From assembly GCA_030550495.1 (NCBI GenBank), contig JAUQPG010000001.1, forward strand, positions 44,512 to 108,511: a DNA stretch of 64,000 nucleotides, read 5' to 3'. Positions 39,060-48,069 of this stretch are shown here, in pieces. A program made the position numbers and the translations under genes. This stretch comes from Candidatus Bipolaricaulota bacterium (GTDB taxonomy: Bacteria; Bipolaricaulota; Bipolaricaulia; RBG-16-55-9; DRXL01). The stretch's first letter is position 1; every line of letters starts with the position of its first letter. The notes under the pieces are model-generated. The model was not told the origin of the DNA and did not search any database. It saw only the letters and a program-made list of their open reading frames with translations.

Positions 39060-39941
39060 TTAATCGACGTCCTGGCTGGGAGCAAAGCTGATAGCCCTGG
39101 GGGTTGGGCGTGCCAGGTAGACGGCGTAGTGCTCGTGGGCGAGGAGTTGAGCAGCGTGTTGCGTTTTGGCCGACGAGGCCCACGCCGCGTAATATGTTGG
39201 TCCGCTGCCGCTCATGCCCCAGAGCTCCGGCTCAAGCTCTTTGAGCAGCTTGCGCAGCGCGTGCAGCGCCGGGCAGAGCGCAAGCGCTGCGTCTTCGAGA
39301 TCATTAGCGCAATCTATATCTTCGTAAAGTCGTGCTGGTGGAGGCTGCCAGCCCTGACGGCACAGCTCATCGTAGTGGCGATAGACCTCTGCTGTCGACA
39401 GCGCACTACTTGGTGGCATAGTGAGCACAAAGCTGTGGTCAGCCAAGCGCTCAGGGAGCTTTTCTAAGAGTTCGCCGCGGCCGCGCCCGCGACAAAGCCC
39501 CCCTACGAAAAAATATGGGACATCGCTGCCGAGCTGGAGCGCGAGCTCCTGGAGCTTAGCAGAGTTAAGTGCCAACCGGAAGAGCTCATTGAGCCCGACG
39601 AGCGTGGCGGCCGCGTCGCTGGAGCCGCCGCCCAAGCCCGCTCCCACGGGGATGCGCTTTTCCAAGCGCACGTGAACGCCATCAGCTATCCCAAAGCGAG
39701 CTCGTATGAGCTCCGCTGCGCGATAGACAAGGTTCTCCTGCCCCTTGGGGAGCGCCCAGGGACTTGAAATTTCTAGAGAGATTTCGGCGCTCTCGGTGAG
39801 CTCTAGCGTGAGGGTATCGTGCAGGTCTATGCTCTGAAAGAGGGTCTCGATCTCGTGATATCCATCGGAGCGCTTCCCCAAGACCCGTAGGCCCAGGTTG
39901 ATCTTGGCACAAGCGTTAATGACGAGCTTGGCCTTGCTCAT
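39060..39941 (-). CDS. ispE: 4-diphosphocytidyl-2-C-methyl-D-erythritol kinase
   Basis: MSKAKLVINACAKINLGLRVLGKRSDGYHEIETLFQSIDL…PVGAGLGGGSSDAAA…. Confidence 0.8.
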   Translation of the reverse strand: MSKAKLVINACAKINLGLRVLGKRSDGYHEIETLFQSIDLHDTLTLELTESAEISLEISSPWALPKGQENLVYRAAELIRARFGIADGVHVRLEKRIPVGAGLGGGSSDAAATLVGLNELFRLALNSAKLQELALQLGSDVPYFFVGGLCRGRGRGELLEKLPERLADHSFVLTMPPSSALSTAEVYRHYDELCRQGWQPPPARLYEDIDCANDLEDAALALCPALHALRKLLKELEPELWGMSGSGPTYYAAWASSAKTQHAAQLLAHEHYAVYLARPTPRAISFAPSQDVD

Positions 39942-41142
39942 AGACGATGTGCCCTCGCGCGATTACGGCGCGCACAAAGCGTCCTTCATGCCCAATAAAG
40001 TACGGAATCTGTTTATAGTTCTCCAGGTTGAGCACGACGAGATCCGCGCGCTTGCCTGGCTCTAGGCTCCCTGTAATATGAGCGCGGCGCAGGGCCGCTG
40101 CTGCGTTGAGCGTCGCGGCTGTGAGCGCCTCTTCGACAGTCATCCCCATCTTCAGCACAGCCAAAGCGATCATGAAGAACATCGAATAGATGAGACACGT
40201 TCCGGGGTTGAAATCCGTCCCTAGTGCGACGGCAAGCCCCGCGTCGATCATCCTACGAGCAGGAGCATACTCTGCGTTGAGGGAGAACGCCGTCCCTGGC
40301 AGGAGTACCGCGACGACGCCCGCACGCTTGAGCGCTTCTATCCCTCGCTCAGAGACGTGCAGAAGATGATCTGCGGAAATAGCGCCAAGCTCGGCGGCGA
40401 GCTCAGCTCCCCCTAGAGGGCTCAGCTCATCGGCATGAATTTTTAGCCCTAAGCCCGCTCGGTGACACGCACGCAGAATCTCGCGGCTCTCTTCGATACT
40501 GAAGAAGCCCCGTTCGCAGAAGACATCGCCGAATTCTGCGAGCTTTTCAGCGCGCACGCGCGGCAGCATCTCCGTGATGATCTCTTGGATATATTGAGAT
40601 TTTTCGACCCCCGCGGGCACAGCGTGTGCCCCGCAGAACGTCGGCACGATCTCGATGGGCATCGTCTCTTTGAGTCTTTGGATAACTCGCAGGAGCTTCA
40701 GCTCGTTTGGGGTGTCTAATCCGTAGCCGCTCTTAATCTCAACCATCGTCGTGCCGAGGCGTACCATCGCTTGAAGAAAACTTCTAGAGAACTCATAAAT
40801 TTGATCTTCTGAAGCTTGACGAACCTTCTCGACAGTAGTCAGAATGCCCTTGCCGTACTTTTCGCCTTGGCAGCGGGCTAAGAACTCATCTTCGCGGGTT
40901 CCATAGAAAACCGCGTGGGTATGGGGATCGACTAAGCCAGGGATCACGACGCCGCCCTGAGCGTCAAGCGCTTCTGAGATTTGAGAATGGCGCAAGTCGG
41001 ACATGGAGCCGAGCTGCACGATGACACCGTCTTCAATCTTCACATAGGCATTATGTACGACGGTGAGCCGGCGCATAGCTTGGTGGCCTAGGGCATGGCG
41101 CCCATGAGGAGTGACAAGCTGTCCAATGTTGATCACGAGCAT
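39916..41142 (-). CDS. hutI: Imidazolonepropionase-like amidohydrolase (no other hut genes nearby)
   Basis: …VIPGLVDPHTHAVF…KSGYGLDTPNELKLL…KIHADEL…; -10 TATAAT sits 11 nt upstream of ATG 41142 on the minus strand. Confidence 0.7.
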   Translation of the reverse strand: MLVINIGQLVTPHGRHALGHQAMRRLTVVHNAYVKIEDGVIVQLGSMSDLRHSQISEALDAQGGVVIPGLVDPHTHAVFYGTREDEFLARCQGEKYGKGILTTVEKVRQASEDQIYEFSRSFLQAMVRLGTTMVEIKSGYGLDTPNELKLLRVIQRLKETMPIEIVPTFCGAHAVPAGVEKSQYIQEIITEMLPRVRAEKLAEFGDVFCERGFFSIEESREILRACHRAGLGLKIHADELSPLGGAELAAELGAISADHLLHVSERGIEALKRAGVVAVLLPGTAFSLNAEYAPARRMIDAGLAVALGTDFNPGTCLIYSMFFMIALAVLKMGMTVEEALTAATLNAAAALRRAHITGSLEPGKRADLVVLNLENYKQIPYFIGHEGRFVRAVIARGHIVYEQGQARH

Positions 41143-41238
41143 AGTGCTTTGATTATACCGGGAGTGTGCGCTAGCGGGCCAAGCTCCCCTCTTGACAAAT
41201 GTCTTGGTTGACGCTATAGTGCTGCGGGTGACCAAGCT

Positions 41239-41601
41239 GTGGCGACGATTCCCAAGCTCTCCAGGGAAGAGCTGCTCGAGCTAGAAGCGGAACTCCTGCA
41301 ATCGCTCTGGCGCGACGGCGCGGCGAGCGTCCTACGGCTGGAGCAGCGCTTGGGGCGTCCTGCCGCGGAGCTTCTTGAGGGCCTTGAGGACCTCATGCGC
41401 AAAGAGTACGTCTACCTCCATTGGCCCTCTCTGTACAACCCGCTGCAGTCTGTCTATTATCTGACGACGAAGCTGCGCAAGAGAATCGCCGCGATGCTCA
41501 AAGACACCCCACGCTATCGGATGAAGGTCTTTTGGGAGCTGCTCTGTCGTGAGCAAGAGGGCCTTCCCCCACGCGATATTCTGAATGTCCCGACGGTCTA
41601 A
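41239..41601 (+). CDS. Hypothetical 120-aa protein, no family recognised
   Basis: ORF divergent from hutI that overlaps the mutY start by 17 nt. Coding status supported only by length and position. Confidence 0.3.
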   Translation: MATIPKLSREELLELEAELLQSLWRDGAASVLRLEQRLGRPAAELLEGLEDLMRKEYVYLHWPSLYNPLQSVYYLTTKLRKRIAAMLKDTPRYRMKVFWELLCREQEGLPPRDILNVPTV

Positions 41602-42697
41602 AGAACCCCTGCAAGATGCGCTCCTGGCTTGGTACAGCCGTCACCGGCGCGATCTCCCCTGGCGCCAGACGACAGATCCGTACTATATCTTGGTCTCCGA
41701 GATCATGCTGCAGCAGACGCAAGTCGAGCGCGTGCGCCAGTACTACGAGAGATTTATCAAGCAGTTTCCCACGCTGGAGCAGCTTGCGCGTGCCCCCCTC
41801 GATGACGTCTTAAAAGCGTGGGAGGGGCTGGGCTACTACGCCCGCGCGCGCAGCTTACACAAAGCCGCGCAGATTATCCTGCGGGACTACAACGGAAAGA
41901 TTCCCAGCACGCGCGCAGAGTTGCTGAAGCTCCCTGGAATCGGGCGCTACACGGCTGGCGCGATCTTGAGCATCGCGTTTGGGCAGGATGAGCCTGTTGT
42001 CGAGGCGAATGTCCGTCGGGTCCTGGCGCGGCTGTTCGCCTTACGTCACGCCCAGACCTACGGGCAGCTCGAGGAGCTGGCACGAACGCTCTTACCCCCC
42101 AAGAGAGCTGGGCTCTTCAATCAAGCGCTGATGGACCTTGGCGCGATGATTTGTGTCTCGCGAGAGCCACGGTGTCTCATCTGCCCGCTTAGCAAGCTCT
42201 GCCGAGCGCGGCGGCTTGGGATACAGAACGAGCTGCCCGTGCGCGCGCAAGCTCATTCTAAGCCCCACTACGACGTCGCCGTGGGGATCATCTGGAAGGG
42301 TGATAAGATTCTCATCACCAAAAGACCTGACGATGGGCTTTTAGGGGGGCTGTGGGAGTTCCCTGGGGGCAAGCGCCGGCCCCTTGAATCCCTCGAAGAC
42401 TGCGTGCGCCGCGAAATCTTCGAAGAAGTGAATATCCGCGTGCGCGATCTGAAACACTTCATGACGGTGCGTCACGGGTATTCGCACTTTCGCGTGACGC
42501 TCCATGTCTTTGAGGGGCTCTATGCAGGGGGCCGGCCCCGCTGTCGTGGCTGCACGGCCTGGGCGTGGGTCAGCCCCGAAGAGTTGCCCAAGTACGCGTT
42601 CCCATCGGCAAATCAGAAGATCATCGCTAAATTATTTGACGCTCTCGACAAGACTACGGTAAACTTTCGCCAACGAGCACAGAGCACAAAGGAGTGA
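41585..42697 (+). CDS. mutY: A/G-specific adenine DNA glycosylase with C-terminal Nudix domain
   Basis: …YYILVSEIMLQQTQVERV…GLGYYARAR…, Fe-S loop CLICPLSKLC, C-terminal Nudix (GLWEFPGGK…REIFEE). Confidence 0.8.
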   Translation: MSRRSKEPLQDALLAWYSRHRRDLPWRQTTDPYYILVSEIMLQQTQVERVRQYYERFIKQFPTLEQLARAPLDDVLKAWEGLGYYARARSLHKAAQIILRDYNGKIPSTRAELLKLPGIGRYTAGAILSIAFGQDEPVVEANVRRVLARLFALRHAQTYGQLEELARTLLPPKRAGLFNQALMDLGAMICVSREPRCLICPLSKLCRARRLGIQNELPVRAQAHSKPHYDVAVGIIWKGDKILITKRPDDGLLGGLWEFPGGKRRPLESLEDCVRREIFEEVNIRVRDLKHFMTVRHGYSHFRVTLHVFEGLYAGGRPRCRGCTAWAWVSPEELPKYAFPSANQKIIAKLFDALDKTTVNFRQRAQSTKE

Positions 42698-42701
42698 CAC
42701 C

Positions 42702-44789
42702 GTGGTTACCCGCGAAGTCTTCTGGAACATCTCGCCCCTTGGTGAACTGATCTTCTATCTCATCGCTCTGATCGCTGTCGTGATCTTTGCCTATGGTATC
42801 TATAGTCACGTGCGCCGCATCCTCCAGGGCAAGAGGGTTTCTTTCACTGTACGCCCGTTATTAGCCAAACTGAGCGCAGCGATAGCGAGCATCGCGGCCA
42901 ATAGAACTATTCTGCGCCATGACGCCCCTGCCGGCATGATGCACTTTTTAATCATGTGGGGCTTCATTGTGCTCTTCATCGGCACGGTCATCGTCACGAT
43001 TGAGTACGATCTGTTTCAAAAGATTTTGGGAATGGAGCACGGCTTTTGGGTCGGCTCGTTCTTCTTGGGGTACGAAGTGATCTTGGACACGCTGGGCGTG
43101 CTCTTTCTCATCGGGTTGATCTGGGCGCTGATACGGCGTTATGGGCTCAGGCCGCCGCAGCTGACGTGGAAGCCGTTAGATTTGGCACTGCCCCTGTGGC
43201 TGTTGTTCATCGGGATCACGGGCTTTCTCGTCGAGGGCTTGCGCCTGGCGGCGACGGCGGCAGAATTAGGGTACGATCCGCGCTGGTCGTGGGCGGGCTT
43301 TCTCGTCTCACAGTGGGTGCAGACTGCTTCCGTTGGGACATTGCGCGCATGGCATTTGGCTCTGTGGTGGATGCATGGGCTTTTAGCGTTGGGCTGGATC
43401 GCGTATCTGCCCTATGCACCGAAAGTAATGCACATTCTTTCAGCTGGGGTCAATCTCTTCTTCCAAGATATGCGTCCGCGCGGACGTTTAGAACTGTTAG
43501 ATGTCGAGGGCGCATTCGAGCGCAATGAAGTCTTGGGCTTTCAGACCCTGAAGGACTTAACGCGCAAAGACTTTTTAGATTTAGCGAGCTGCACCGAGTG
43601 CGGGCGCTGCGAAGCGAACTGTCCCGCGCATCTATCGGGGAAGATCCTCTCACCGCGCGAGATTATTTTAGAGTTACGCACCCACGCAAATGAAGAGTTT
43701 CCTGCATTTGGCAGGCCCAAAGAGCATAAACAGATCATTGGGTACTCGATCAAGCCTGAGGAGATCTGGGCGTGCACAACATGCATGGCCTGTGTCGAAG
43801 TCTGTCCGGTCTTCATCGATCCCTTGAATAAAATTATAGAGCTGCGTCGCAACGAAGTGATGATCCAAGACAAGTACCCTAAGGGGTTCACCGACGTTTT
43901 CAAGGGAATGGATGGGCGCGGCAACCCTTGGGACATGCCCGCGTCTGAACGCTTAGCGTGGATAAAGGGCCTCGACGTACCTATCGTTTCGGCATTAGCT
44001 GCGTCCAACCCCAGTCCAGATTTTGAGTATCTCTTCTTCGTTGGTTGTGCCGCGTCGTTCGATCCCCGGACGCAGAAGATCGCCCGCAGCGTCGTGAAGA
44101 TCCTACAGCACGCTCAGATTAAATTTGCCGTGCTCGGCGAGGAAGAGGGCTGCACCGGCGATCCTGCCCGCCGCATCGGCCATGAATATATCTTTCAGAT
44201 CCTCGCGAAGCAGAACATCGAGATTTTTAACAATTATAACGTCAAGAAGATCTTGACGATCTGCCCGCACTGCTTCAATACTCTCAAGAACGAATATCCT
44301 GCGCTGGGCGGGCAGTACGAAGTCGTCCATCATACGCAGCTCATCGAGCAATTACTGAGAGACGGACGGCTCCAGCTCACCCAAGAGATCCCGGCGACGA
44401 TTACGTATCACGATTCGTGCTATCTGGGGCGCTACAATCGTATCTTCGACGCACCGAGGGCTATCTTACAGAAGATTCCAGGTGTGAAGCTCGTGGAGAT
44501 GGAGCGGCATCGCGAGCGCGGGATGTGCTGCGGCGCGGGTGGCGGGCTGATGTGGCTTGAAGAAGAACCCGGCAAGCGCGTCAACGAACTCAGAGTCCAG
44601 CAAGCGCAAGCTGCGCTTGACGTTCATCTTCGCCGGCCAGCGGCCGGCGAAGCCGTACGGTCTAGGCGAAGCCTGGTGGCGAGCGCCTGTCCCTTCTGCA
44701 TGATCATGCTCGAAGATGGGATTAAGTCAAAGAACGCCGAGTTTGAGAACAAAGATATTGCAGAATTGGTCGCGGAGGCGCTGGGTTAG
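42702..44789 (+). CDS. Membrane-anchored HdrD/DsrK/GlpC-like Fe-S oxidoreductase (N-terminal ~5-TMS His-containing domain, 2x[4Fe-4S], two CCG domains)
   Basis: CTECGRCEANCP…CTTCMACVEVCP ferredoxin motifs. CCG-type Cys clusters (…FFVGCAAS…ILTICPHC… and …YHDSCYLGRYN…GMCCGAGGG…). N-terminal 220 aa hydrophobic with conserved His. Confidence 0.65.
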   Translation: MVTREVFWNISPLGELIFYLIALIAVVIFAYGIYSHVRRILQGKRVSFTVRPLLAKLSAAIASIAANRTILRHDAPAGMMHFLIMWGFIVLFIGTVIVTIEYDLFQKILGMEHGFWVGSFFLGYEVILDTLGVLFLIGLIWALIRRYGLRPPQLTWKPLDLALPLWLLFIGITGFLVEGLRLAATAAELGYDPRWSWAGFLVSQWVQTASVGTLRAWHLALWWMHGLLALGWIAYLPYAPKVMHILSAGVNLFFQDMRPRGRLELLDVEGAFERNEVLGFQTLKDLTRKDFLDLASCTECGRCEANCPAHLSGKILSPREIILELRTHANEEFPAFGRPKEHKQIIGYSIKPEEIWACTTCMACVEVCPVFIDPLNKIIELRRNEVMIQDKYPKGFTDVFKGMDGRGNPWDMPASERLAWIKGLDVPIVSALAASNPSPDFEYLFFVGCAASFDPRTQKIARSVVKILQHAQIKFAVLGEEEGCTGDPARRIGHEYIFQILAKQNIEIFNNYNVKKILTICPHCFNTLKNEYPALGGQYEVVHHTQLIEQLLRDGRLQLTQEIPATITYHDSCYLGRYNRIFDAPRAILQKIPGVKLVEMERHRERGMCCGAGGGLMWLEEEPGKRVNELRVQQAQAALDVHLRRPAAGEAVRSRRSLVASACPFCMIMLEDGIKSKNAEFENKDIAELVAEALG

Positions 44790-47173
44790 ATCCACACTCC
44801 TGGGATCGTCCGCCCGCAATTGGGGCAGTGCCCATCGCGAAGTCTGTTTTGTAGAATCGCAAACCCATAACGCTCGATGAGCAGCGCCCCACACCCTGGA
44901 CAGTATGTGTTCTCATAGCGCCCGGTCATGCCAGGGAGATTGCCCGTGTAGACGAAGTGCAGCCCCGCGTCGTAGCCGATCTGCGCCGCACGGATGAGCG
45001 TCTCTGCCGGAGTATTGTCCGAATCGGTCATCTTGTAGTCTTTATGAAACGCTGTGACGTGCCATGGGATATCCGGGGAGATCGAGACTAAAAACTTCGC
45101 GATCTGTCTTAGCTCGTCGTCGGAATCGTTGAAGCCCGGAACGACAAGCGTCACGATCTCCAGCCAAAAGCCCAGCTCGTGCACCATCGCAATGCCGTCG
45201 AGGACTTTCGATAAGACCGCTCCCAGCACACGATAATTTTTATCTTGAAAAGACTTTAGGTCTATCTTGTAGCAATCGAGATGCGGGCGCAGATACTGTA
45301 AAACTTCACGGGTCGCGTTGCCGTTGGAGACATAGCCCGTGAGCAACCCGAGCTTTTTGGCTTCTTTGAAGACTGCTACGGCCCACTCTGAGGTGATCAA
45401 GGGCTCGTTATATGAGCTGATGACGGCGCGCGCGCCGTAGCGCTGAGCTAGACTGACAAGCTCTTCTGGCGTGACGTCGTGAGGAAGTGCGCCGGCGCTT
45501 GTGTCGCGCAAGGTCTGCGAGATCTCCCAGTTTTGGCAGTTTTTCACAAGGCAGAAACCCGCTAGATAGCTGTGAGTTGTGTCGTCTATCTCTAGGTTAT
45601 AAACCGGCCCCTGATATGGTTCACGGCATATAGAGCGGATTGGAACCAGATAATAATCAGACGTCTCGCGATAGCGCCGCGGGACGGTCTTGTCCTTGTA
45701 CCAGACGATAGTATATTGCTCCGCGGCCTGGTACACGTGCCGATCCTCAATTTGCTTTGTCTGTGGCTGTACATTGATATAGAGTGAGGGAAGATTCCCT
45801 AGTTGGAGGACAAGCCATGCGACTCCATAAGCCAGAGCACGGGATTTCGTCGTGACCGTTATCTTGCCGTTTTCGTAGCAATGCCCATCTCCGTGGGTAT
45901 AAGCTTCCAGAAAGGCTTGGATAATTGACGGCGGAGCCTTAAAGATGACCTCTGGAACTCGCTTTTCCTGCGACTTCGCGCCGCAGAGCCGCTCAAAGAG
46001 CCAAGCTACTGATGCTTTGGTGACCTCCACGGCGAGGGTGGTGCGACGGCGAACGCGTCGAGCTGTCACGTCGAAGAGTTCTTGGAGCAGGGTACAGATC
46101 TCGTTAGCTAGTCTGTGTTCTTGCGGCCCAAGGGCGAAGATGAGTGTGCGGCTGTTAGGGCGCCCCTTCTCGAGGACTACGCAGCCTTCGGCGCAATAAT
46201 ACCCGAGGAGTCGAGCGAGGCGTTCCTCCACGGGGAGATAGAGAGGGACTCCAGGTCTATGCTCTTTCAAGAAGCGAACTCGGCCGCCTTCTATTACGAG
46301 GCGCTGCCTGCGCTCTTCTTGCCACAGCCCGCGATAGACTTTACTGCGCACGTGCCGTATGTAGGATGGGTCCTTACCTAAAGCTTGTCCCAGTTCTCGT
46401 GAGCTTACTCCTTCCTGGGTAGCGACCATGAGCCATTCGACTTGATGCGGCGCCAATTTGTGAGGGATCTTATAGGAGGGGTGCAACTCTTCTAAGAGAG
46501 CGGACACGTCCAACGTTACTGATGTGGAGCAGGTAAAGCGCTTTGGGATGACTAAGAAATGGTGGGGTGTGAGTTCTTCAGCTCTTACGATCTCGATAGG
46601 GCCCCCTTCAGGGTTCGTGGTGGCGTAGAGACGATGGTCGGGAGTGCAGCGAAGCGCTGGGAGGTAATAAGGCTTAATAGTGATCAGCTCGCCTTCATAG
46701 TAATGCTTGAAGGCGGCCTGCACAGGGCGAAGCTCGCCAGCCTCCGTGACCACCTGGAGCTGGGGACGTGAAGCTTCTCCGTCGGGGAGCATTAGTCTCT
46801 CTTCTCCCAAACAGAAAATCTCTTCAATAGAGAGGACTCCTCGCTCGGTCGTCACAGGCGTTTCTGGGGAGAAGCAGTATGGGCAATGCAGATCGCATCC
46901 GAGCATCCCAAATGTGAGTGTGCGTGCGCCAGGCAACACGTGATAGAACGGCTTTTTCTCGATGGGGTCCAACCCCAACGAGCTGACATACCCCCAGGGC
47001 ACGTAGAGTTTTCCGTCTCTATTGAAGCGCACCTGGCAGATACCCCGTTTCCCCTCGAAGATCACGCAGCGATGAGCGCACGCATAGCAGCGCACTCTCT
47101 TATCGTCGAGCTTCTCGTAGAGCTCGCCCTCGCGCGTACGCGCATCGAGCAGCTCTGCAAGCGTCGCGATCAT
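44786..47173 (-). CDS. AmmeMemoRadiSam-system radical SAM enzyme interrupted by a 446-aa intein
   Basis: Extein is …RCYACAHRCVI…GICQVRFN…GCDLHCPY|…|CQNWEISQT… plus the C-terminal half (…LPGMTGRYENTYCPGCGALLIE…). Start ATG 47173 with upstream GAGGGG. Confidence 0.75.
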   Translation of the reverse strand: MIATLAELLDARTREGELYEKLDDKRVRCYACAHRCVIFEGKRGICQVRFNRDGKLYVPWGYVSSLGLDPIEKKPFYHVLPGARTLTFGMLGCDLHCPYCFSPETPVTTERGVLSIEEIFCLGEERLMLPDGEASRPQLQVVTEAGELRPVQAAFKHYYEGELITIKPYYLPALRCTPDHRLYATTNPEGGPIEIVRAEELTPHHFLVIPKRFTCSTSVTLDVSALLEELHPSYKIPHKLAPHQVEWLMVATQEGVSSRELGQALGKDPSYIRHVRSKVYRGLWQEERRQRLVIEGGRVRFLKEHRPGVPLYLPVEERLARLLGYYCAEGCVVLEKGRPNSRTLIFALGPQEHRLANEICTLLQELFDVTARRVRRRTTLAVEVTKASVAWLFERLCGAKSQEKRVPEVIFKAPPSIIQAFLEAYTHGDGHCYENGKITVTTKSRALAYGVAWLVLQLGNLPSLYINVQPQTKQIEDRHVYQAAEQYTIVWYKDKTVPRRYRETSDYYLVPIRSICREPYQGPVYNLEIDDTTHSYLAGFCLVKNCQNWEISQTLRDTSAGALPHDVTPEELVSLAQRYGARAVISSYNEPLITSEWAVAVFKEAKKLGLLTGYVSNGNATREVLQYLRPHLDCYKIDLKSFQDKNYRVLGAVLSKVLDGIAMVHELGFWLEIVTLVVPGFNDSDDELRQIAKFLVSISPDIPWHVTAFHKDYKMTDSDNTPAETLIRAAQIGYDAGLHFVYTGNLPGMTGRYENTYCPGCGALLIERYGFAILQNRLRDGHCPNCGRTIPGVWI
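45539..46876 (-). other. Intein with LAGLIDADG homing-endonuclease domain, inserted in the CxxxCxxC motif of the radical SAM gene
   Basis: Begins Cys1 (CFSPETPVTTERG = block A). Block B TPDH. Two LAGLIDADG-like motifs (LARLLGYYCAEGCV; IIQAFLEAYTHGDGH). Blocks F/G VYNLEIDDTTHSYLAGFCLVKN, then extein Cys+1. Confidence 0.7.
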
Positions 47174-47177
47174 CGAG

Positions 47178-47984
47178 TTACCCCTCATAGAACGCGTAGC
47201 ACCCATAGCCCACAACTCGGAATCTATCCCCCGCTGTATCCCCGGAATTGCGATAGTCCAAGAGCTTCGCTTTCCATCCGTGATCACGAGCAATCTGCAT
47301 CAGTGTCAGGATCGCGGTCTTCCCGCAGGCTTCGACGCGCTCCTCCATCAACGCAAAATCGAAATTTTCAATGGCTCGGTGGGCTAGAGCGTCGCGCCCT
47401 ACGGCTTCCTCGTAGGGATAATAGTGGCTCAGATCCGAGCTGACAATAATGAGATCTATGTCTTCTAGATATGGCGCGAGTGTTCGTGCTAGATTGCGAT
47501 AGTCGCATTCGCCCGTCAAGATGGGGAAGATCTCACAGTTGGGAAGCACAGTCTGCACGAAGGGGAGCTGCACTTCTAAAGAATGCTCTGGAGCATGAGC
47601 GTTGGGATTATTCTGGAGATCGCCGCGCTCGAGGGCGCGAGCGATCAAGCCTTTGGCGCACTGTACCAAGCCGAGCGGGGTCTGCCAGGCGTCACAGTCT
47701 ACAATTGCCGCGCCGACGAAGTAGACGTAGTGTGCCGGGCCAAGAAGAAGCACTCTTAACTGAGAACTGTCAAACTTGGAACTGTAAACTGTTTTGTAGC
47801 CCGTTGCCGCCACCGGCCCAGAGTAGACATACCCAGCGTGGGGCACGATCAGCCCGCGCAGTCTGCCTCCAAGTGTCTTGGGCTGTGCTTGAGCAAGCAA
47901 AGTCTCGACGGTCTTGCGCAAGCGCTCCGAGCTTGCAGGATAGAAGCTTCCTGCGACGGCTGCAGGCCGAATGCGCTCCATCAC
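47178..47984 (-). CDS. Memo-like protein (AmmeMemoRadiSam system protein B)
   Basis: MMERIRPAAVAGSFYPA…IVPHAGYVYSGPVAA… typical of the MEMO1/DUF52 family. Stop lies 4 nt upstream of the radical SAM start. Confidence 0.75.
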   Translation of the reverse strand: MMERIRPAAVAGSFYPASSERLRKTVETLLAQAQPKTLGGRLRGLIVPHAGYVYSGPVAATGYKTVYSSKFDSSQLRVLLLGPAHYVYFVGAAIVDCDAWQTPLGLVQCAKGLIARALERGDLQNNPNAHAPEHSLEVQLPFVQTVLPNCEIFPILTGECDYRNLARTLAPYLEDIDLIIVSSDLSHYYPYEEAVGRDALAHRAIENFDFALMEERVEACGKTAILTLMQIARDHGWKAKLLDYRNSGDTAGDRFRVVGYGCYAFYEG

Positions 47985-48069
47985 GTCCTCCTGTGCCTCC
48001 CATCATTGTCAAGGGACGCCACTTCACTTATACTCCTAATGCGACCAAAAAACAAGAGAGGAGATTTGT

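Noticed and set aside
39916-41142. hutI interpreted as part of a histidine-utilisation operon
   Set aside because: No hutH, hutU or hutG nearby. It may be a stand-alone imidazolonepropionase-like amidohydrolase, so no pathway-level claim is made.
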